From Neocallimastix sp. 'constans' (taxonomy: Eukaryota): DNA of 64,000 nucleotides. The number at the start of each line of letters is the position of its first letter. Position 1 is the first letter of the stretch. Location: contig JBODTK010000101.1 of NCBI GenBank assembly GCA_050613775.1, positions 248,001 through 312,000 on the forward strand, given 5' to 3'. The position numbers and the translations under genes are program-made. Of the stretch, positions 22,719 through 36,274 are shown piece by piece. The notes under the pieces were generated by a model. That model saw only the letters and a program-made list of their open reading frames with translations. It had not been told where the DNA came from and did not search any database.

Positions 22719-22802
22719 AAATAAAAAATATTCATATAATTAATAAATGAATAAATAAATAAAGTTTAAAGTTCACAATAATTGCGGCTGTAAAAAAAAA
22801 AA
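21657..22802 (+). mobile_element. 5'-truncated, degenerate family A LINE
   Basis: CGYKF.AR, IEDDCP, EHWF, Asn-rich tract, FLLGGR, SGDYSKTPFL, SRANASEGEDYNF; ends TTGCGGCTGT-An. Confidence 0.8.
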
Positions 22803-23126
22803 TAAATTGATATTATTATAAATATATGAAAGGTAATAATGAATGGATACCCATTATTCTATTAATAAATTATTTTTATATAATTTTATTAAGTATAATT
22901 GATAAAAATTATTTTAATATATATCATTACACCGATATATAAAATATAATAATTAAAAGATTTATGTATTATTTTATTTATATATTTATATATTTATTTT
23001 CATCATTATTATTTATTTTTTACTATTATCGTAATAACTTTTTTATTTGTAATAGTAAAATTTATAGTAAATTAATTCTTTAATCAAAATAAGATATTTT
23101 ATTAAATAATGAAAATTTATAAATAG

Positions 23127-23158
<32 letters not shown>

Positions 23159-23328
23159 GATAATTTTCATTTTAACTATCTTTTAAATATCCATTTTCTT
23201 TATTTATATTAAAGCTTTTATAATTGTTCAATTATAGTATATCAAATATTATAAGTGAAATAATATTCTTTAATATAGTTTGTTTAATTAATAATAAACA
23301 GTAATAAAAATGTGTATTTCTTTATATT

Positions 23329-23364
<36 letters not shown>

Positions 23365-23894
23365 ATAATAATAATACATAATTAGATGGAAATATATAAA
23401 TTTAAATAACATCTAATATATATAATGAATATATATAATGTAATATTGTATTAGAAAAATTGATCAATATGATACCATAATTCCTGTAAAAGCGCTTCTA
23501 ATATTATTCATTGAGTTCTTTTAATTTTTAAAGTTAAAAATATTGAACATACTGATCTTATATATTTTAGTTTATTATTTTTAACGAAATGGAAATATAT
23601 AATAATAAAAGAGATTTTAAATATAATACTAATTATTTATGCATATCGTGTTTATCTTGTAGGAAACGTAATATTAAAAATAATGGATGATAATTCAGTT
23701 GAAAGAAGATTATAATTAAAAAATCAATAGCATATATAACTATAGTTGTAAAAATTTATTATTACAATATATATAATAAATAGAAAATTAAATTTTGAAA
23801 AACATGGAAAGTCCCTGACCTGGTTTCAACCACAATTTTACACATGTAACTATTAAGGGATATCATTCACTACTACCCTTGCTTAGAGATTAAG

Positions 23895-24090
23895 AAATGA
23901 AGGTTATCACCGAATAGTATGGCTAATTAATATCTTTGTGCGATACACCATATATATATATGCTTGTGGTGACCTATATATTGAATATTACATGCCTAGG
24001 CTGTACTAACACTATATATAAATATATTTATATATGTTATCGTATAAAAGAGGGGTGGGCCTATGTAGATATATACAAAAGTCAAAAAAA
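23895..24090 (+). repeat. Dispersed ~190-bp element Y, copy 1
   Basis: Shares ordered blocks with the reverse complement of 57191-57385 (cgatac; tatatatgctt(g/a)tggtgacctatat; attgaatatta; tatgtagatatatacaaaa). Confidence 0.75.
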
Positions 24091-24394
24091 TTTTTTTTTG
24101 CTATATTAAATAATTAGTTTATTCATTTTTTTTTTTTTTTTAATTTTTAATTATTTTTACTATTAAAATAGAGTTAAATAAATAAATAAATTTATATATA
24201 TATATAAAATTAAAAAATGTGGGTGTAGTACAAAAAATTTTTATAGTTAAAATTTTAGAAAAAGCAATATATTAAAATTTTTTAACTAAATAAAGATTTA
24301 ATATATGGGAACTATAAGTGCTAGAATAAATATAAATTAATTAATATATATTATTAGTATATTATAATATATAAATTTATATATTGAAATTATA

Positions 24395-24428
<34 letters not shown>

Positions 24429-24868
24429 TTTTTTGGATTTAAAGACATTAATTTAAATTTTTATTTTCAGTTCTTTAAAAAAAAATCTTATTTTATTTTA
24501 ATATCTAATTATTAAGCAAATAAAATATTTAAATTCTTGATTATTTTTTCTTTTTATAGAATTTATACTTATTTCTAATATATTTATTTATTTATTTATT
24601 AGTTTATTATTTGCATATATATATATATTTTTTTAAATGATAATAGTTTAAAGAAAGAGAAGAAAAAATAGGAAATTTAATAATATTTATCAATTTTCAA
24701 TTATTACAATTTATAATTTCAATAATAATAATAATATTAAAAGATTATTATTATTATTAGTATTTGTACTTATTTTTTTTACCCAACTTTCTACAAAAAT
24801 ATAAATTTTTATACAATTTCATACCATATTTGTTATACTATTATAAAAAATTAATTAATATATTAAAT

Positions 24869-25201
24869 ATGGATATTGATAGCGATTATTCTGACAAGGA
24901 TTTTAGTTTTCAAGATTCTGATAGCGATGGAGATTTTATTCTAGAAACTAAGAAGAGCAGTATAACAAAGGTTAAAGGAAAAGGAAGAGCAAAAGCTGCT
25001 TCAACTAAATTATCTTCAACAAAATCAACCAAAGGAAAAACAGCAAAAGGAAAAACAGCAAAAGGAAAAGTATGCAGTCAAATCTGATTATATAATTATA
25101 ATTTAATTAAAATTTTAATGAGAAAAGATAATTTTTAAAATTAAAATTTTTTTTTTTTTTTTAAAAAGAAAAAAAGATAACAATTTTAAAATATTTATTG
25201 T

Positions 25202-25253
<52 letters not shown>

Positions 25254-25846
25254 GCATTATTCAAATTGTTAAAATGATTTTTTAATTTTATATTGAGAAA
25301 TATGTATATTAAATAGTATTCCTTTCAATATACCCCCTATTTTTTTAAATATAATATTAATAAAAATAGACTTCTTCAAAACAAGAATTATGTGAATCTC
25401 CAAAACCAATATCAGAAGATGAAACAATTACAAATACTGAATCTTCTTCTTCAACAATTAATCCAGAAAATTCATATCCGATTCGTCAAATTCAATCAAA
25501 AAAATCTGTTACAGAAATATATCAAAAAAAGACCCAATTAGAACATATTCTTTTACGTCCTGATACATATATTGGATCTGTTGAATTCATTTCAAATCCA
25601 ATGTGGGTTTTTAATAAAAATACAAAGAATTTTGAATATCGTACAATTACTATTGTTCCAGGTTTATATAAAATTTTTGACGAAATTTTAGTCAGTAAGT
25701 GTTTTTTTTTTTTATTTTTTTTTATTTAATTTTATTATTATTATTGTTGTGATTAATTATTTAAAAATCTTATTTTTTTTTTTTTAAATTAAAATAGTAT
25801 TTTATAATTTTAGAATCGTATCATTATTTAAATAATTAACAAAAAT

Positions 25847-25883
<37 letters not shown>

Positions 25884-26420
25884 ATAAATTAATAATAAAA
25901 AGATGCTGCTGATAATAAAGTATAATATTTAAATATAAAATTTTAAATCATTTTAATTTGAATTAAAAATTTTAATTAATAAATCAAATAATTAATTTAG
26001 ATTAGAGATCCAACTATGGATACTATTAAAGTTACAATTGATAGTGAAAAAAATGAAATTTCGGTATTTAATAATGGTAAAGGTATACCAGTTGAAATTC
26101 ATGAAAAAGAAAAAGTTTATATTCCTGAATTAATTTTTGGTCATTTATTAACATCCTCAAATTATGATGATAATGAAAAGAAAGTTACCGGTGGTAGAAA
26201 TGGTTATGGTGCTAAGTTATGTAATATTTTTAGTACCGAGTTTATTGTTGAAACTTCTGATAAGCATGCAGGAAAGAAGTTTAAACAAGTAAAGTTACAT
26301 ATAAATTTAATATTAATATAAATTTATTTATTATCTTCAAGATTATATTATTATTAATATTCTATAATAATAAATAAAAATAAAAATAAAAATAAAAATA
26401 TTAAATAAAAGTAAAAATAA

Positions 26421-26457
<37 letters not shown>

Positions 26458-26520
26458 TAATAATAATAACAATAACAATAATAATAACAATAATAATAAT
26501 TTAATAATAATAATAATAAT

Positions 26521-26552
<32 letters not shown>

Positions 26553-26564
26553 TATATAATAAAA

Positions 26565-26597
<33 letters not shown>

Positions 26598-27205
26598 AAT
26601 ATTAAATATCTAGGTATTTAATGACAACATGAGTAAAAAATCTAAACCAAAATTAACAAATGCTACTAAAGAAGATTTTACTAAAATTACATTTAAGCCG
26701 GATTTGCAAAAATTTGGCATGGAAAAGATGGATGAAGATTTTGAAGCATTATTATTGAAAAGAGTTTATGATATTGCTGGTTGCGTATCAGGAGTTAAAG
26801 TATATTTAAATGATGAAAGAATTAAAATTAAAAATTTCAAAGATTATTGTCAAATGTATATTAATAGTACTAAAAAAGAAAGCCAAGAAAATGATCTTGG
26901 AAGTATGCCAAATCAAAATCAAAATATAATATATGAAAGAGTAAATGAACGTTGGGAAATTGCTTTTTCAATGAGTGATGGCCAATTCCAACAAGTAAGT
27001 TTAATAAAATTATTATATTACATTTATTACAATTGGTAATTAATGTTAATAATTTTTTTTTTTTTTTTTTTTTTTAATTTTGAATATAAAAATACATAAA
27101 ATATTTTATTATATTTAAATTAACAATATTAACAATTTAATTTATATATATATATATTTTTAAATCATTTAATATAAATAATACATATAATTTAATTTAA
27201 TTTTT

Positions 27206-27244
<39 letters not shown>

Positions 27245-27616
27245 GTTAGTTTCGTTAATTCAATTTGTACTGTAAAGGGTGGTACTCATGTTAATTATGT
27301 TGCTGATCAAATTACATCAAAATTAATAGATTCCCTTAAAAAAAAAAATAAAAATCTTTCTATAAAGCCATTCCAAGTTAAAAATCATTTATGGGTATTT
27401 ATTAATTCTTTAATTGAAAACCCAGCATTTGATTCACAAACTAAAGAAACTTTAACTTTAAGAGCTAGTTCTTTTGGTTCAAGGTGTCCAGTTAGTGATA
27501 ATTTTATTAATAAAGGTTTGATATATATATTAATAAAAGAAAAATATTATTACATATATGATATATATATATATATAATTTTTTTTATCTTTTATCTTTT
27601 ATCCTTTATTCTTTTT

Positions 27617-27661
<45 letters not shown>

Positions 27662-28890
27662 TTTTTTATTTATATATATAATATTTTTATTTAATATTAT
27701 TAATATTATTATTGTATATAATGGAAAATAGTTATGAAAAGTGGCGTTATTGATAATATTTTATCATGGGCAAAATATAAGCAAAGTCAAATGTTAAAAA
27801 AAACTGATGGTCATAAAAGATCTAGAATTTCAGGTATTCCAAAGTTAGATGATGCAAATAATGCTGGTACAAAGCGCTCTAAAGATTGTGTCTTAATTCT
27901 TACGGAAGGAGATTCTGCTAAAGCTTTAGCTATTAGTGGTTTAACAGTAGTTGGTCGTGATAATTATGGTGTTTTTCCTTTGCGTGGTAAAATGTTAAAT
28001 GTTCGTGATGCTTCACATAAATCCATTATGGATAATGCGGAAGTTAGTGCAATTAAACAAATTCTTGGTTTACAACATGGTAAAGTTTATGAAAATACAG
28101 ATAATTTAAGATATGGTCATATTATGATTATGGCTGATCAAGATACCGATGGTTCTCACATTAAGGGTTTAGTTATTAATTTCTTGGATCATTTTTGGCC
28201 AAGTTTATTAAAAATTCCAGGATTTTTATTAGAATTTATTACTCCAATTGTGAAAGTTTCTAAAAAAGGAAGAGAAATATCATTTTATACTCTTCCCGAA
28301 TATGAGCAATGGAAAGAAGATACAAATAACGGTAAAGGTTGGAAGATAAAATACTATAAGGTAATTAGATTAAAATACATAAATAATTAATAAATTAGAA
28401 TAATAAAAGTAATAATGATAACATCATCGTCATTATTATTATTATTATTATAATTATTATTTATGTAATAAATTCAAAGAATTTATCTAAAATATATTTT
28501 TTTTTATTTATTGATAACCGGTAACACCAAAAACAAAAACAAAAACAATATAAAAACACAAAAACACAAAAACATGACAATAACATCATCACAACAATAA
28601 CAACAACAAAAATAAAAAAAAATAAAAAAAATAAAAAAATTATCTAAACTTAATTATTTAGGGTTTAGGTACAAGTACTGCAGCAGATGCAAAGAAATAT
28701 TTTTCAGATATGCAACATCATTGTAAAAAATTTAGTGAAATAGAACAAGATGATAGAAAATTATTAGATATGGCTTTTTCCAAGAAAAATGCTGATAAAA
28801 GAAAAGATTGGTTAAAAGACTATACGGTAATTACTATTATAATTATGTTATTTTAAATTTATTTAAATTAATTAATTAATTAATTAATTA

Positions 28891-28929
<39 letters not shown>

Positions 28930-30522
28930 ATTATTTTATATTTTTTTTTATTTTTATATAATTTTTATTTATTTATTTATTTTAATTTTAATTTTAATAA
29001 TTATTTTAATTTTTATTTAATTGAATATAATACAATTAATACAAAATAATTAAATAATATATTAGCCTGATATTTACATGGATAATTCTGTTGATAAAAT
29101 TGCAATTAATGAATTTATTAATAAAGAATTGATTCAATTTTCTATGGCTGATGTTATTCGTTCTATTCCTTCATTAGTTGATGGTTTTAAACCTGGTCAA
29201 AGAAAAATTCTTTATGGTTGTTTTAAGAGAAATTTAACAAGTGAAATTAAGGTTGCTCAACTTACTGGTTATATTGCTGAACATACTGCTTATCATCATG
29301 GCGAACAAAGTCTTTCAACTACTATTGTAAATTTGGCACAAGATTATGTTGGTAGTAATAATATTTCATTATTAGTTCCAAATGGTCAATTTGGTACTCG
29401 TTTACAAGTTTGTATTCAATTATCTTAACATAAATAAATTAATTTATACATGTAATATAATTCTAAGTTCTAAATTATATATATATAAATGTATATATAA
29501 TTATCAGGGTGGTAAAGATGCTGCTAGTGCTCGTTATATTTTCACGTATTTATCCAAAATTACTAGATTAATTTTCAAAAAAGCTGATGATAATATTCTT
29601 GAATATTTAAATGATGATGGTCAAATGATTGAACCAAACTGGTATATTTATGGTTATTTTTTTTAATAGTTTTAATTATAATAGTATTTAAAGTTCGAAA
29701 TTAATGATTACAGTAATTATTAATGTTATATTTATTTATTTTTTAATTAATTGTATATTTTCATATTATATATATTTATAATTTTTTTTAATTAAAGGTA
29801 TATTCCAATTTTACCAATGGTACTTATTAATGGTGCTGAAGGTATTGGTACAGGTTACAGTACTAATATTCCAAATTTTAATCCAAGAGATGTTGTTATG
29901 AATTTAAAAAGAAGAATAAGAGGTTTAGATTTCATTCCAATGCATCCATGGTATAGAGGTTTTATTGTACGTTATTTTATTTTGATTTTATATATATATA
30001 TATATATTTTTAGTCTAATCTGTATTAATAAAATATTAATTAAATAAATAATTTATTTAAAAATATAAAAATTTATTAGGGTAAAATTGAAAAAATTGAT
30101 GAAGGTAAATATAAGGTTAGTGGTATTATTAAAAAGATAGATGAAACTACTATTGAAATTACAGAATTACCAATACGTACTTGGACTCAAAATTGTAAGG
30201 AATTATTAGAATCCCTTATGACAGGAACTGAAAAGCAACCTCCAATTATAAAAGATTACAAAGAATATCATACAGACACTGCAGTTCACTTTAGAATTTT
30301 TGTTACTGAAGCTAATATGAGGAAATTAGAAGAAGAAGGATTGGAAAAAAGATTTAAAATATCAAATATTATAAATTTATCTAATATGCACTTGTTTGAT
30401 CCACAGGGTAGAATTAAGAAATATTCAAAGGTTGAAGATATTATGGAAGAATTCTTTAATTTGAGAAAAGAAATGTATTATAAGAGAAAGGTAATTATAT
30501 AATAATAATAATAATAATAATA

Positions 30523-30553
<31 letters not shown>

Positions 30554-31059
30554 TTTTTTTTACGTTATTATATTAATTTTTTTTTTGTTTTTGTTTTTTG
30601 TTTTGCTTATAATCTTTAAAAATAGGAATATCTTATAAAAGAATTTGAAAATGAGCTACTTATTTTAGAAAATAAAGTTCGTTTTATTATGGAAATTATT
30701 AATGGAACTTTGGTTATTAACAAAAAGAAAAGACTTGATTTAGTCAAAGAAATGATTTCAAAAGGTTATGATAGAATTTATCCAAAGAAGAAGGCAAGTG
30801 AAGGTGGTGAAGAAGGAAAAGAAGAAACTGATGATGATGGTAAAGGATATGAGTACTTATTGTCTATGCAATTTTGGAGTTTAACTTTAGAAAAAGTTGA
30901 GAAACTTAGAGCTGAACGTGATGCTAAAAAGGAAGAATTAGAAAGTTTAAAGGCAGAATCTATTGAAGATTTATGGCTTAATGATTTAGATGATTTTTTA
31001 GATGAATGGGATGTAAGTCGAATAATTTTTATTTTAAATTTATTTACTATATAAATATT

Positions 31060-31094
<35 letters not shown>

Positions 31095-31591
31095 TTTTTA
31101 ATTGAAAAAACAATATTAATATTAAAAATAAATATTTATTATTAGAAAATTGAACATGAATTTGATTCATTACCAAGAACAACTTTTGGTACAACTTCTA
31201 AAAAAGAAAAACCAAAAACTAGAAGATCAAGAAAAACTAAAATTAAAACGGAAGAAGAAGATGACGCTAGTACATCCAATACTACTAGCGTTCAAACATC
31301 AAGTACTAATAATAGTGATGATGAGTACAATCCAGGTAATTATTAATTTTTTTTTTCTTTTAATATTTTTAAATTTCAAAAAGAAATATATATGTAATAT
31401 CAGTTAATAAAATATTAAATAATTAGTTCCAATAAAAAAAAAAATAAAAAAAAATAAAAAATAAAATAAAATAAAATAAAATAAAATAAAATAAATAGTT
31501 GAAATATGAATATAAAGTACAGATTGAATAAAATAAAAAAAAATAAATTAAATTAAAATAGTAAAATAAATTAAAATAATATAAAATGATA

Positions 31592-31637
<46 letters not shown>

Positions 31638-33297
31638 CATTTAATATATATTATAATTTATTCTAATTAAAAAAAAGGAAAAACAGTAAAGAAAAGAGGT
31701 AAATTTAATAAAAATAAAATAAAATAAATATTGCGATATAATTAAATTATTAGAAAATGGATAAAAAATCATTAATCATTCTAATATTAATTATTTGTAG
31801 GTTCAAGATCAAAATCTGTACAATCTAAACTTAATTTTGAGTCTATTAAAAAAGAAGATGATAATATGTCTGATATATTATCAACAACACCATCTACAAA
31901 TTCATTAAGTACATTGAATGATGAATTGAAGGCGACTAATCTTGACACTAATGGTAATAATAATAATTGGAAAAATAAAGTTTCAATATGTATTATTAAT
32001 TTATTCATATTAATTTTATTTAGAAACATCAGGAACATCAAAGGCATCTACAGCTAAAAAAGTAACAAGAAGACTAAAGAGAGTGAAATTAGAAGATGAT
32101 GATTCTTCATTTAAAAGTATTTCATTTTATTTTATTTAGTATATACTTCATATTTAAATTTCAAAATTAATTATATTTTGATTCATTATTTAATATTACA
32201 ATTATAATGACTATTATTATTATTACTTGTTATATACATTAAATAAAATAAAATAATAGAACCAGCTACGAATACTTTGACAAATTGGTTAAATCCAATA
32301 TCATCTTCGTCATCAACAAAATCACCTGATTTAATGGATAGTGAAACTACTTCTTCAATTAAGAAGGAATTTGTAAGTATTTAGCATATTATAATTCAAA
32401 ATTATAAAAAGAAGTATAAAAAAAATTTATATTAAATTATATTTATATATATTTAAATAGGATGAAAATATATCAAGTATGAAGTCAAATAGTAGTGCCT
32501 CATCCAGACGTTCGTCCAAAAAGAGAAAGCTTGATGATGATGATTCATTTATGCAAGATGATTATAATAGTGAGAATGAAGAAGATAATGAACCAGTAAA
32601 ATCACCAATATTAAGAAGATTAAGAACATCCTCCAGAGTTAAAAATACACCTAAGTATACTTTTGATGAAGATGAAGATGACGAAGACGATGAAAAGGAT
32701 GATGATACATTAAACGATATTGATGATAATGATGTAGACTTTGAAAATATTTCATTACCACCGTTAAAAAATAAAATAGAATTATCTTCATCTATAGAAG
32801 ATAAAGAGGATAAAGGCAATAATGAAAAGAAAGAACAAAAAGATGAGATTATGAATGAAGATAATGATGATTCTACCAAAACTAAAGAAAATAATCTTAG
32901 TGTAGAAATTATAGATATTAATGCCGAAGAGATATTAAAAAATAAGAATGATTTAGGAATTATTGATACCAATAATAATATAAATAAAAGTAGAACTATT
33001 GATATAACAATGGATGATGAAGATGATTCTTTAAAGATAATAGATTCATCAATTTCAGAAATGTCGAAAGCTGAAGAAAAAGAATCTCCAAAAATTGAAG
33101 CTAAATCTAGAGTAGCTGCAATGAGAACTAAAAGAAAGTCAAAAATAGAAGATAAAAAGGAAGAAGATAAAATAGAAGAAGAAAAAGAAGAAGTTAAAAA
33201 ATCAGTGAGAAAAAGAAGCTCAAGATCATCATACTCATCAAAAAGAAGATCAAGAGTAAAAGATATTCAGTATTTAGAATTATCTGATGATGAATAA
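24869..33297 (+). CDS. TOP2: DNA topoisomerase II, multi-exon
   Basis: EHILLRPDTYIGS, IFDEILVNAADN, GGRNGYGAKL, LILTEGDSAK, PLRGKMLNV, IMADQDTDGSHI, DGFKPGQRK, YHHGE, ASARYIFT (catalytic Tyr); long charged C-terminal domain. Confidence 0.97.
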
Positions 33298-34742
33298 AAT
33301 GATTGATAAATATAAATTTAAAGCTTCATATATACAAATAAATATTTAATCTTTTTTTTTTTTTTTTTTTTTAATTATTTATATCTTTAATTTATTTTTA
33401 TTTATAATTAAATTTTAAAAGTTTTATCAATTTAATGAAAATATTAAAACAATAATTATAATTTCATATAATAATATATATTAATAGCAGCATATATATA
33501 TTTATAATTAATTTTTGCCTGTAAATTTTGTTTGTATAATTTTTTTTAATATCACTTTTTTTATATAATAAAATATCTTTTATAAATAAATATATATATA
33601 TATATTTTTTTTTTTTAATATTAATATTTTTGTATTTTATATATGCATATTAGTAATGTGAATGTTTTATTAAAAAAAAAGTTCTGAAAATATAATAATT
33701 AAAAATTATTATTTATTTTAATTTGGAGATTTTTTTCTTTTTTTTTAAAAAATTTTTATATAAAATTAAAATTGGAAGTGTTTTTAATCTTAAAAAAAAA
33801 AAAATAAAATAAAAAAATAAAATAACTTTATTAATTATAATTTTAAATCAAAATTAATTAGAATGTACAAAAAAAAAAAAAAAAATAAAGAAAGTGCAAG
33901 CTTTGTTAAAAAAAATTTTTAAAGATGGTTTATATATATTAGTAAAAATTAGGTTTTAATTTTTTTTTAATTTTATTTTAAAATTTTCCATATATTATAT
34001 TTTATTATTTAAAGAATCTATATAAATATAATAATATCATGATAAAAGGAAAAATTATTTTTAATATATATCATATTATTTATTTTTTTATTTATATTAT
34101 TCTATTTAACCCTTATTTAATCTTTTAGATTAATTTTAGTGGTATTTTTTTTTCCATGTAATTAAACTATTTCTAGAATTATAATTTTTTTTTATAAAAC
34201 TATTATAAATTTAATATTAATATTACTACATCTTATAATAATAATAAATATTAAATAATAATAACAATAATAACTAATATTATTAATAATAAATAATTAA
34301 TTAAAATAATAAAAATAATGATAAGAATAGTAGTAAAAATTTGGTTATGAAAAAAACTTATATATATATATTATTATTAAATTGTTTTGTGAAATATTGA
34401 TTAATCATCTGGTAAAAAACTTTTTTGATACTATACTTTCTTAATACATATAAATTAAAATTAAAACAATATGTTTAATAAATCTCTATTTCTCGTTTTT
34501 TTTGCCTTGATAATTTTCATGAAATTATATTAATTATTAATTTTATTTTTTATTTAATTTTTTAAAAATATTAAAACAGTAAAAATTAAAAAGAAAAATA
34601 AATGGATAATAAATTAAATAATTAAACTATTTTTAACTTTTAATATTTTTAGAATTATAATTTTTTAAATTTATGAAAATATTATCAAAAGGTTAAATTA
34701 ATAATTAAAAATTTTATATTTTTATTTAATAAAAACATACCT

Positions 34743-34786
<44 letters not shown>

Positions 34787-36210
34787 TAATAACTTTATTA
34801 AATTATTATTTCTATTAATAACTTTTTTTTTTTTTTTTTTTTGAAGGAATGAAGGCAAAAAAAATTAGTTGGTTAATATTCTGTTAACTGAAATTTTATA
34901 TATATTTTTTATAATGAAAAAAATGTTTAATTTAAAAATATTATAAAACAGGCTTATTATCTTGTATTTTCATCAAATTATATAATTATATATGTTTGTA
35001 TATTATCACTATTTTTTATATAATATTTAATATTATTTATGAATGTATCTTTATATTTTTAATATTATTAATTATATTAACTATTATCAACTTTATTATT
35101 GTAGACTTATTAATTTTAAAATTTTATATGATAATCAATTTAAAATATAGGCATCACACTATTTGGAGAATTTGACTAACAATACTTTTTTGATTAATAT
35201 ATTCATTATTATTAAACTTTCTATAAAATAATTCTATTATTAATGAATGGAAAGGAATTTTTTGAATGAATGAAGTTTAAAAATTATAAATAATTAATCA
35301 TAATTACAAAAAAAAAAAAAAAAAAAAAAAAAGTCATATTATTGATGGATCATAATTAAATAATTATGACTTTTTAAATATATATATATTATATCGATTA
35401 TTCATTTGTAGTGAAGTATGATAGAATGAATTTGATTTGTAATTAATAATTAAAACTCAGAATTTTTTTTTTATCCCAAAGAAATTTTATTTCATAATTT
35501 AGCTAAATAATTTTAAAAAAAAAAAAAAATTTTTTTTTAATCTTAATAGTATTAAACTTTTAAGGTATATCATTATTTTAAAATATTATAATTAATTTTA
35601 TGAGAAATATGCAATCAATTTAAAAAATGTATCATTATCATGCATTGATTTTTATGTTTAAATTTGTGATCAATTTTTTTTTATTTGTAGTTATTTTTAT
35701 CTTATTTTATTTTATTTTATTTTATTTTATTTTATTTTATTTTATTTTATTTTATTTTATTTTATTTTATTTTATTTTATTTTATTTTATTTTATTTCTT
35801 CATTATTTTTTAATTAAATATTAATATATTTAAATATGTATTCTGGATCTCATGTAAATTAATGCTTAAATCACTAATTAGGTTATATATTAATATTTAT
35901 TTATTTAATAACAAAAAATTAATAAAATTCTTTCATATATATTATTATAGAAGTTTAAGATTACAGAGTATATAAAATTATACATCTCAATATTAAATAG
36001 TTATTATAGTTTTTAAATAACTAAAAAGTCATATACAATTAAAAGGATTATTATCAAAAATAAATAATGAAAGTTCATTAAAAATTATATATATATTTTT
36101 AATATCTATATAAGTAATATGAATGGAAAGAAGATCTTTGATTTTTCAATACAAAAGATGATTTTAATTTCATATATTAAAGTTTTTAAATTCATTATTT
36201 TACCTTAAAT

Positions 36211-36274
<64 letters not shown>

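Noticed and set aside
30778..32972. Minus-strand ORFs overlapping TOP2
   Set aside because: Antisense to charged low-complexity exons, with no independent motifs.
35627..35824. Hydrophobic (ILFYF)n ORF
   Set aside because: Translation of a (TTTTA)n microsatellite.
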